Assembly: GCA_900617105.1 (NCBI GenBank)
Contig: UYFQ01000006.1
Span: 620,001 to 684,000, forward strand
DNA: 64,000 nt
Reading direction: 5' to 3'
Source of the DNA: Hydrurus foetidus
Lineage: Eukaryota
In this document: positions 33,669-41,662 of the stretch, piece after piece
Layout of the letters: every line of letters starts with the position of its first letter
How positions within the stretch are numbered: the first letter of the stretch is position 1
The notes under the pieces: generated by a model
What the model was told of the DNA's origin: nothing
Databases searched by the model: none
Seen by the model: only the letters and a program-made list of their open reading frames with translations
Program-made: the position numbers and the translations under genes

Positions 33669-33722
33669 AAATTGACTGTCACCGCTTATGAAATAAGCGC
33701 TAGAAGCTATGTTTTATATAGC
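33669..33722 (-). repeat. 54-bp dispersed AT-rich repeat, copy B (intergenic, between convergent dinG and vapC)
   Basis: Minus strand reads GCTAT-N7-ATAGCT-N6-GC-N9-AAGCG-N9-AATTT. Confidence 0.7.
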
Positions 33723-33736
33723 AAACCATCCCCAAC

Positions 33737-34168
33737 TCAAGCCCCCATCACCTTCAACCGCCCAAAGTAACTGCGGTACGCCCCCGCATCCCGGCTGACC
33801 ACCGTCAAATTAGCCACAGCCGCATGGGCGCCGATGAAAAAATCGGGCAGGGGTTTGGTTTTCAGGCCGCCGCGTGCACGGTAGAGCCGAAACGCCTGTG
33901 CAGCCAGCGCCGCGCTTTGCCAGGGGAGGTGGCTGTGCTGGGTGTCGTACACCGCCAGCATGGCATCCAACGCACTGGGTGCGGTACCAGGAATCAAAAG
34001 CTCGGCGCAGATCAGCACATTGGTGTGTAAAACACCCTGTTCGCTGCACGCTTGCAACTGGTCAACGGCCCAACTGTGCCAAGCACTCGCGCTGTCCATG
34101 CAGTCAATCCAGACGTTGGTGTCGATCAGAAAACCGCTGCTGCCGTCATAGTGCGTCAAGCTCGCCAT
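33737..34168 (-). CDS. vapC: Type II TA toxin, VapC/PIN domain
   Basis: LIDTNVWID, AEL, LPDFFIGAHA and SRD motifs. Confidence 0.9.
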   Translation of the reverse strand: MASLTHYDGSSGFLIDTNVWIDCMDSASAWHSWAVDQLQACSEQGVLHTNVLICAELLIPGTAPSALDAMLAVYDTQHSHLPWQSAALAAQAFRLYRARGGLKTKPLPDFFIGAHAAVANLTVVSRDAGAYRSYFGRLKVMGA

Positions 34169-34171
34169 CGC

Positions 34172-34420
34172 TCAGTCCCGCAAAAAAGCCATGATCTCGT
34201 CCGCCCCCATTTGCGCAAATTCTGGGGCCATGCTTTGGCGGGCTTTGGCTGCGGCTTTGCGCAACTGCGCACGGCGGTCTACTTTGCCCGCGCCTGCTAC
34301 TTTTTGAACCACAATCCGCCCCGCTTCAAAGCTGACACTGACCTCGCAGCCGGGCACCACGCCTGCGGCGATGCGAACATCTTTGGGAATGGTAATTTGG
34401 CCTTTGTCCGTAACCAGCAT
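34172..34420 (-). CDS. AbrB/MazE/SpoVT-family antitoxin
   Basis: VTDKGQITIPKDVR..AG..PG swapped-hairpin motif. Ends 3 bp upstream of the PIN gene. Confidence 0.9.
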   Translation of the reverse strand: MLVTDKGQITIPKDVRIAAGVVPGCEVSVSFEAGRIVVQKVAGAGKVDRRAQLRKAAAKARQSMAPEFAQMGADEIMAFLRD

Positions 34421-34489
34421 GGCAGCCTCTCCTGGTGAAAGTGGAAAATACAGTAAGAATTCAAAGTTGGAATTTACCCTATTCACGCC

Positions 34490-35851
34490 ATGACCACACT
34501 CACACAACTCCGCACTGGCCAACTCCACGGCACCCAGCGCTTGGATTTATCCTGCCAACTCACCGAGTTCCCGCGTGAGATTTTTGATCTGGCGGATTCG
34601 CTGCAAATTCTCAACCTCTCCGGCAACGCCCTCGCGCACCTGCCCGATGACCTGCCCCGCCTGCACCAGTTGCGTGTGCTGTTTTGCTCTGAAAACCAAT
34701 TCACCGAACTGCCTGCGGTGCTGGGCCAATGCCTGCAGCTTCAGATGGTGGGTTTCAAATCCAACCGGATCACCCACGTCCCCGCTATCGCCTTGCCACC
34801 TCAATTGCGTTGGTTGATCTTGACGGACAACCACATCGAAGCCTTGCCCGACACACTGGGCCACTGCACGCAGTTGCAAAAGCTGATGCTGGCAGGCAAC
34901 CGCTTGACACAGTTGCCCGACAACCTGAGCGCGTGTCACCGCCTGGAGTTGCTGCGTATCTCAGCCAACCGCTTGACAGCCTTGCCACCGTGGCTGCTCA
35001 AGCTGCCTCGGCTGTCGTGGCTGGCCTATGGGGGTAACCCGTTCAGCGAGGCGTTTGAGGCGGCAAGCCCGCAAGCAATTTCCAGCAGCGCATCCACAAA
35101 CCCACAGCCCACCGTGCAATGGCAGGATTTGACCTTGCAGCACCTGCTGGGCGAAGGCGCATCGGGGGTCATCCACCAAGCGCTGTGGCAGCCGAACCCA
35201 GCTACCGCACCCGTGCCGGTCGCAGTCAAATTGTTCAAGGGCGCCGTCACCAGCGACGGCTGGCCGCTCAGCGAACTGGCCGCTTGCCTGCGTGCCGGGG
35301 CGCACCCTGGGTTGATCCCCACCACGGGCGTGCTCGTCGGCCACCCCAACGGCACAGCGGGCTTGGTGATGCCCTGCATACCACCACACTTCACCACGCT
35401 GGCAGGCCCGCCCAGCTTGGAATCTTGTACCCGTGATGTTTATGCGCCGCACACCCGATTCACACTCGCTACGGTCTTGCGCATCGCACTGAGCACCGCC
35501 TCTGCCACACAGCACTTGCATGCCCAAGGGCTGCTGCATGGCGATCTCTACGGGCACAACTTGCAATGCACAACGCAGGGCGATTGCGTGTTGGGAGACA
35601 TGGGGGCAGCTTCGTTTTTGCCGATGCACGACACGGCCATGTTGCAGGCCTTGCAGCGGCTGGAAGTACGAGCCTTGGGATGTCTTCTAGAGGAGCTTAT
35701 AGCGCACTGCGAAGAGTGCGAGGACAGGCACGATGGCGATACCCTTGCCGCGCTGAACACGCTGTGTGCGCAATGCCTGCAAAGCGATGTTGGCGCACGG
35801 CCTTTGCTGGGGCAGGTGGTGGAAAGACTTCAGGCATTGTGGGTCTGTTAA
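34490..35851 (+). CDS. Leucine-rich repeat plus Ser/Thr protein kinase domain protein
   Basis: About seven LxxLxLxxNxLxxLP repeats, then kinase motifs LGEGASG, VAVKLF, HGDLYGHN and GDMG. Confidence 0.92.
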   Translation: MTTLTQLRTGQLHGTQRLDLSCQLTEFPREIFDLADSLQILNLSGNALAHLPDDLPRLHQLRVLFCSENQFTELPAVLGQCLQLQMVGFKSNRITHVPAIALPPQLRWLILTDNHIEALPDTLGHCTQLQKLMLAGNRLTQLPDNLSACHRLELLRISANRLTALPPWLLKLPRLSWLAYGGNPFSEAFEAASPQAISSSASTNPQPTVQWQDLTLQHLLGEGASGVIHQALWQPNPATAPVPVAVKLFKGAVTSDGWPLSELAACLRAGAHPGLIPTTGVLVGHPNGTAGLVMPCIPPHFTTLAGPPSLESCTRDVYAPHTRFTLATVLRIALSTASATQHLHAQGLLHGDLYGHNLQCTTQGDCVLGDMGAASFLPMHDTAMLQALQRLEVRALGCLLEELIAHCEECEDRHDGDTLAALNTLCAQCLQSDVGARPLLGQVVERLQALWVC

Positions 35852-35860
35852 CCATGTTTT

Positions 35861-35901
35861 ATTTATGTAAAAATGAAGTACAACTTTACTTTTACATAAA
35901 T
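35861..35901. promoter_or_regulatory. 41-bp imperfect palindrome overlapping the start codon of the AAA/DUF4143 gene
   Basis: ATTTATGTAAAA..TTTTACATAAAT form perfect 12-bp arms, with inner AAGT/ACTT pairing. Confidence 0.65.
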
Positions 35902-37069
35902 GCCCATCGCTCGCCACATTCTCCCCGTACTGCTCTCCCGCGCCAGCCAGTACCCCGTGGTCACAGTCACAGGGCCACGTCAGGCGGGTAAAACCACGGT
36001 GTGCCGCATGGCATTTACCGACAAACCTTACACCAATTTAGAGCAACCCGACACACGCGAGTTCGCGCAAAATGATCCACAGGGCTTTCTCAATCAGTTC
36101 CCCGAGGGCGCCATCATTGACGAAGTGCAGCGCGTGCCTGGTTTGCTCTCATGGATTCAGGTGCGTGTTGACCAAACCCAGCGTCCTGGTCAGTTCATTT
36201 TGACGGGCAGGCACCAGTTTGAGCTGATGGCTGCCATCACGCAATCGCTGGCAGGGAGGACGGCCTTGCTGAAGCTTTTGCCGCTTTCCATCAACGAGTT
36301 ACGGCAGGCGGGCATCTCCACAAGCTCAGACCGGCTGTTGCACGCGGGTGGTTATCCGCGCATTCACGCCCACGGGCTGAATCCCGCCACCGCTTTAGGG
36401 GACTACTTTGAAACCTATGTCGAGCGTGATTTGCGGGCCTTGATTGAGCTGCGCCGCCTCAACGAATTTCGTCTCTTTGTCCGCTTGGCCGCAGGCCGCG
36501 TGGGGCAGGTACTGAACCTGCACAGCTTGGCGGCTGATTCTGGCGTGTCTGACGCAACCGCACGGCAGTGGCTGGGCTTGCTCGAAGCTTCCTATGTGGT
36601 CTACCTGCTGCCCCCCTGGTTTGCCAACTTGGGCAAGCGCCTGACCAAGTCCCCCAAGCTCTACTTTTACGATGTGGGCTTAGCCGCATGGCTGATGGGC
36701 ATCACCGAAGAAGCCCACCTCGCCAGCCACCCCCTGCGCGGCCATCTGTTTGAGAACTTGGTGGTGATGGAGTTCGTCAAACACGCCGAACACCACGGTG
36801 AACGCGCGCGCCTGCACTTTTGGCGTGACAGCAATGGCACCGAGGTGGATGTGTTGGTCGAAAACGGCATGGCACCCGGCACGCTGGGGCTGGTAGAGGT
36901 CAAGTCCGGGCAAACCTTCAACGCAGCATCATTGGTTCCCATGCAAAAAGTCAAGGTGGTGCTGGGTGATGCGGTAGTGCAGCGGCAAATGCTGGTGTAT
37001 GGCGGTGCGGATACCTATGTGCGCTCAGGCGTAGAAGTCGTCGGTATACAAGCCGTAGCGAGAAGCTGA
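35900..37069 (+). CDS. AAA_14 ATPase with DUF4143 and C-terminal PD-(D/E)XK-like motif
   Basis: GPRQAGKTT, IIDEVQ, SLAGR, GGYP, KSPKLYFYDVG, G.LFEN and EVDVL..EVKS. Confidence 0.9.
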   Translation: MPIARHILPVLLSRASQYPVVTVTGPRQAGKTTVCRMAFTDKPYTNLEQPDTREFAQNDPQGFLNQFPEGAIIDEVQRVPGLLSWIQVRVDQTQRPGQFILTGRHQFELMAAITQSLAGRTALLKLLPLSINELRQAGISTSSDRLLHAGGYPRIHAHGLNPATALGDYFETYVERDLRALIELRRLNEFRLFVRLAAGRVGQVLNLHSLAADSGVSDATARQWLGLLEASYVVYLLPPWFANLGKRLTKSPKLYFYDVGLAAWLMGITEEAHLASHPLRGHLFENLVVMEFVKHAEHHGERARLHFWRDSNGTEVDVLVENGMAPGTLGLVEVKSGQTFNAASLVPMQKVKVVLGDAVVQRQMLVYGGADTYVRSGVEVVGIQAVARS

Positions 37070-37220
37070 TTAAAATTTGTGCATTCCTTTTGGAGCCTCT
37101 CATGCAATGGTCAGAAGTCCTCAGGAGTCCCTATTTGCAAAACCGGCCCTTGCCGGGGTTTAAGGTGTTGAAGTAGTGCGCTTCAACGGGTATGAATGAC
37201 GGCCAAGGCAAGGTACAGAT

Positions 37221-39626
37221 TCACCGCAAAAACCCCAAGCTGAACACCTGAGGGCGCAGTTTTTCGCTCAGGGCTTGGTAAGCCAGCTCAAAAGGGCCGA
37301 AGTTGATGGGGAGGCCATCGCCACTGGCATTGCGGGATTTCAGAGCGTTGCGAATTTGATACCAGCCCACATCGGGGCGGTTCAATTTGAATTCGTCTCG
37401 TACCGTGCGCGCATCGGTCTGTGCAAAGTAGGCTTGCCAGAGCACGCGCCCGGCATCCAGCACAGCCCGCGCCTCCGTTGACAAGGGTTTACGGGCCAAG
37501 AACTGCACCATAAAGTTAGACTCAAACCGATCAGGCGCACCCACTTGTGCCTCGGTGAAGGGGATGAAATGGTTGACCAGTGCCCATTTCTTGCCGTTCC
37601 AATCGAGATCATTAGCGCCTGCGGTGAGGTTGCCACGGTTGAACAGCGTCCACATCAAACAGTCCATTTTGAATTCATTCGAGAGTGGTGATGTGGGCTG
37701 CAAAAACTGGTCACGGTCGTTGAGCCAAGTGGGTCGAACGAGTTTGCGCACAGCGAACACGGCGACGGCTTGCAGCAAGTTTTCAGGGGTGATGAAAAAC
37801 CCGCCGGCGTGCCCCATGCTATGAACGGACGAGAACACAGCAGTCAGTTGCTCGGCATGTTGCAGGTCGTTGCTATCGCATAGCAAATGACCAATGGCCT
37901 CATCAGCCCATTTGGTGCGGCGCACCCCCGTTGTTTTCGTGGTTGGGGTGATAGCGTTGATTAAGGGCAGGGCATCTATCGCATTGGATTTTTGTCTGTC
38001 CATCCAATTTGAAAGCAATTGTGCGTTCGGTAAGCTGTAAAACCGCTTCTCACCAATGGCTTGCGCATTTCTGTCCAATACGTCCACAGACAGTTCTGTG
38101 ATGGGTGTTTTTTTCACCGCATTCTGGTTTGTTTTCCAAATCAAAAAGCCGATGGGGAATTTTCCATTCAAACCATCGAACGCTTGGTTATGAATCACAA
38201 AACCACCTAAATACTTGGCGTTCCATGCCTGCCTGAATTTTTCAAAGTTAGGGGCGTTGATGTACTTCATCGTGCTGAACATCGCAACTGTCGCCGTTGG
38301 CATTTCGGTGCTGATCCGCGCCAAAAACTGAACAAACAGCTCGCGGGACGCATACCCATAATCCACCATGCTCTTACCCGTTCGGGTGGCGGCCACCCCA
38401 GACTTGCTGACCGTACCCAGCTTTATTTCGGTATTACCTCGGTTTCCTGCCTCCGCATAAGGGGGATTCATCAGCACCAGCAGCTTCTTCCCAGCTGCGA
38501 TGGCCGCACGCAAGGGCACTGGCAGTTTGTTGCTCAGGCTGTAGTCGATCGTGCCTTCTGCGGTGATGTCGTCATTCAAATAATCGTATTGAAAACGGTG
38601 TGCGGCCACGCAGGTTTTGGTGGCTTTCATCACGTCGATGTCAGCCTGATCGAGCGTGGACATGTAGATGTTGCGCGGGTTGCTGTGCTTGACTTCCAGA
38701 TTCCCTACGCCGCAGCACATGTCCCACACCACGTAGTCGCGCTGCCAGTTTCGCCCCAGCGTCTGTGCCAGCTTGTCGTAGGCTTTGTCCACAACGTGCA
38801 AGGGCGTGTAAAACGCACCTTTGAAGCTGCGTTCGTCCAACGGGATCAGGCTGTCGCGGCGCTCCAGCAGGTAATCGCGGTATTCCGATTGAGGGGGGCG
38901 GTGGTAGATGGCCCAAAACTGGCGGTAGCCTTCTTTGTTGCCCAGCTCGAACATGCGCCCACCCAGACTGAACACGGGTGCATTGTTTTTATGCAGCAGT
39001 TCAGCGGTCAAATTCGCGTGGGTGGATGCCTTGCCGTCGTGCATGATGTCCGCAAAAAACAGCAGGGCGTAGTCATCTTCGGGGATACCCAGGATCTCGC
39101 GCCCCACCATCGTCACCCACTTGTCGAACACCTGTTTCAAGTTGTCGGGCGTGATTTGCGTTCGGATGATGTCGCCAGACTGGATGGCGGCCTTGACGGT
39201 GCTTAAAAATTCTTCTTCGTGCGTCGCAATTTTGAACGACACAAAGTAGGTGCCGATGTAGGCAGATATTTCGTCCAAGGCTTCTGCGGTGTACTGGCTG
39301 GCAGATTTACCCCATTTGATGGTTTTTTGGGCTAAGAACGGCAGCACATCGGCGCTCTTCATCAGCGCCGCTTTTTGCGTGTCGATCACGGCCAAAAAGG
39401 GAGGTACGGTTTCGCCCTTGTTCACCGCCACCTGCACGTAATGCAGCAATTGGGTGAACATGGCGTAGCTGGAATGCTTGCCCGTGTCTTTGGCTTCAAA
39501 CCAGATTTCTTCGGTTTGAATGTCAATCAGCCCTTTGGTATAGCCTTTGAGGCCAAGGGCTTGGATGTAAGCGTCTTTAACGTCTTCTTCGCTCTTGGCG
39601 TTTTGCAGTTGTGCGTAGAGGGTCAC
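37221..39626 (-). CDS. Putative single-chain type IIG-like restriction-modification enzyme (N-terminal nuclease plus N6-adenine MTase)
   Basis: N-terminal SEEDVK..ID..WFEAK (E..D..ExK). MTase motifs X GAFYTP, I WDMCCGVGNL and IV NPPY occur in gamma-class order. The long C-terminal region is a putative TRD. Confidence 0.72.
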   Translation of the reverse strand: MTLYAQLQNAKSEEDVKDAYIQALGLKGYTKGLIDIQTEEIWFEAKDTGKHSSYAMFTQLLHYVQVAVNKGETVPPFLAVIDTQKAALMKSADVLPFLAQKTIKWGKSASQYTAEALDEISAYIGTYFVSFKIATHEEEFLSTVKAAIQSGDIIRTQITPDNLKQVFDKWVTMVGREILGIPEDDYALLFFADIMHDGKASTHANLTAELLHKNNAPVFSLGGRMFELGNKEGYRQFWAIYHRPPQSEYRDYLLERRDSLIPLDERSFKGAFYTPLHVVDKAYDKLAQTLGRNWQRDYVVWDMCCGVGNLEVKHSNPRNIYMSTLDQADIDVMKATKTCVAAHRFQYDYLNDDITAEGTIDYSLSNKLPVPLRAAIAAGKKLLVLMNPPYAEAGNRGNTEIKLGTVSKSGVAATRTGKSMVDYGYASRELFVQFLARISTEMPTATVAMFSTMKYINAPNFEKFRQAWNAKYLGGFVIHNQAFDGLNGKFPIGFLIWKTNQNAVKKTPITELSVDVLDRNAQAIGEKRFYSLPNAQLLSNWMDRQKSNAIDALPLINAITPTTKTTGVRRTKWADEAIGHLLCDSNDLQHAEQLTAVFSSVHSMGHAGGFFITPENLLQAVAVFAVRKLVRPTWLNDRDQFLQPTSPLSNEFKMDCLMWTLFNRGNLTAGANDLDWNGKKWALVNHFIPFTEAQVGAPDRFESNFMVQFLARKPLSTEARAVLDAGRVLWQAYFAQTDARTVRDEFKLNRPDVGWYQIRNALKSRNASGDGLPINFGPFELAYQALSEKLRPQVFSLGFLR

Positions 39627-39683
39627 GGCTAGTTTGTCCGGCGGAATGGTGGAACAGGGGGGAACACCGAGTATCCGTGCTTT

Positions 39684-41606
39684 TTAACAACCCACCTTGA
39701 CGCCAGCCATCACCTCAGCACACCCCGTTGCAGGCGCCATCCGCACCCCCGCCCCACCCGCCCAATGCACCGCTAAATCCCGTACCGCGCCAAGTCCCCA
39801 GTCCTCGCCTGTGAGTTCTGCGCCTTGGGCATCGCGCCACTGCACATCGGCTTCACCCGTCCACCATTGGTCTGCGGTGAGGGCTGGAATCTGGCGGCGG
39901 GTGGTGGTCAGCGCTGCCACCAGCGCAGTCAGTTCGCCGTCGGCCTGAGACCAATCCAGCCACGTCGTGGCGTTGTCTTGGCAATAGGCGTTGTTGTTGC
40001 CACCTTGGGTGTGGCCAATCTCATCGCCTGCCAGCAGCATGGGCGTACCTTGCGACAGCAGCAGCGTGGTTAACAATGATTTTTGTAGCACTCTGCGCTT
40101 ATTTTGTATGCGGTCATCGGTAGTTTCACCCTCAAAACCGCAGTTATCGCTGTGGTTGCCGCTGTGGCCGTCGCGATTGCCTTCGCCGTTGGCTTCGTTA
40201 TGGCGGTCGTTGTAGCTGACCAGATCGCGCAGGTTGAAGCCGTCGTGGGCGGTGATGAAGTTGATGCTGGCGCTGGGGGGGCGGTGGCTGTGGTGGAACT
40301 GGGTGCTCGATGCTGCCAAGGCGTGGGCCAATTCGCCTCGGTTCGCTTCACCCGTCAACCAGTAGCGGCGCACGGTGTCGCGGTACTTGTCGTTCCATTC
40401 CAGCCAACCGGGCGGGAAGCCACCCACTTGGTAGCCACCAGGGCCAATGTCCCACGGTTCAGCGATGAACAGCTTGTTGGCGCATACCGGGTCTTGCTGG
40501 ACTGCTGCTAAAAAAGGAGCTCGTTGATCGAAACCTTTTTCGCCCGTGTCGCGCCGGGCCAGGATGGGGGCGAGGTCAAAGCGGAAGCCGTCTACGCCCA
40601 AGGTATCGCCCCAGTAGCGCAGGCTGTCCATCACCATGCGCAGGACGTGGGGCTGGTTCAGGTTGACGCAGTTGCCGCAGCCGCTCCAGTTTTCGTAAGT
40701 AGCCAAGTTGTCGGGGCGCAGGTGGTAGTAAAGGGCGTTGTCGATGCCACGCAGGCTGAGCGTGGGGCCATGTTCATCGCTTTCGGCGCTGTGGTTGTAA
40801 ACCACGTCAATCACCACCTCCATGCCACGTGCGTGGACGGCATCTACCAGGGCGCGGAATTCGCTGGCGGGGCTGGTGCCGGGTGTGCCGCTCCAGTAGC
40901 GGGTGTCGGGTGCGAACCAGCCGATGGAGTTGTAACCCCAGTGGTTGCGCAGGCCCATCTTTTGCAGCCGGGCCTCGTCAGCGCGGTGCTGCACCGGCAT
41001 CAGACTGAGGGTGGTAACACCCAGGCTTTGGATGTGATCCAGCACGGCGGGGTGGGCCAGACCGGCGTAGGTGCCGCGCAGCATCTCGGGCACGTCGGGG
41101 TGCAAAACCGTTTGGGCTTTGACGTGCAGCTCGTACAGCACACGCTGGCCGGGGGCGATGTGAGGTGCTGGAATGGTGGAGACGGGCAGCGGTGCGGTAA
41201 CACGGGCTTTGAGTGCGGTGGCTGCGTTGTCGCGGGTATCAGGCTGCTGGGGATCCATCGAGTCGTGCCCGCAGTGGATATCGTCTCCGTCGTAATCGCC
41301 CAGCACCTCGCGGGCATAGGGGTCTAGCAGCAGCTTGGCAGGGTTGAAGCGGTGGCCTTGGGCAGGTGCCCAAGGGCCGTGGACGCGGTAGCCGTAAACA
41401 AGGCCAGCCACACCGCCATCGCAAGCCGCCAGACGACCGTGCCACACGCCGTTGCGGCACTGGGGCAGCGACACGCGGCGCTCGGTGCCGTCAGCGGCAA
41501 ACAAGCACAAAACCACCGCCGTGGCGTTGGGGGCCACCAGCGCGAAATTCACGCCTGTGGCATCGGGCGTAGCGCCCAGAGGATGGGGCTTGCCCGTGGT
41601 CAACAT
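39684..41606 (-). CDS. glgX: Glycogen debranching enzyme (C-terminus appears shortened)
   Basis: PLGAT, LLDPYA, WGYNS, DVVYNH, DGFRFDLA, AEPWD, AHDGF and GNNNAYCQDN motifs. Confidence 0.95.
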   Translation of the reverse strand: MLTTGKPHPLGATPDATGVNFALVAPNATAVVLCLFAADGTERRVSLPQCRNGVWHGRLAACDGGVAGLVYGYRVHGPWAPAQGHRFNPAKLLLDPYAREVLGDYDGDDIHCGHDSMDPQQPDTRDNAATALKARVTAPLPVSTIPAPHIAPGQRVLYELHVKAQTVLHPDVPEMLRGTYAGLAHPAVLDHIQSLGVTTLSLMPVQHRADEARLQKMGLRNHWGYNSIGWFAPDTRYWSGTPGTSPASEFRALVDAVHARGMEVVIDVVYNHSAESDEHGPTLSLRGIDNALYYHLRPDNLATYENWSGCGNCVNLNQPHVLRMVMDSLRYWGDTLGVDGFRFDLAPILARRDTGEKGFDQRAPFLAAVQQDPVCANKLFIAEPWDIGPGGYQVGGFPPGWLEWNDKYRDTVRRYWLTGEANRGELAHALAASSTQFHHSHRPPSASINFITAHDGFNLRDLVSYNDRHNEANGEGNRDGHSGNHSDNCGFEGETTDDRIQNKRRVLQKSLLTTLLLSQGTPMLLAGDEIGHTQGGNNNAYCQDNATTWLDWSQADGELTALVAALTTTRRQIPALTADQWWTGEADVQWRDAQGAELTGEDWGLGAVRDLAVHWAGGAGVRMAPATGCAEVMAGVKVGC

Positions 41607-41662
41607 AAAAACCTTTTGCAAATTTGAACCCGTGCCAACCTTGTGTTGACGTTATGCGAACC

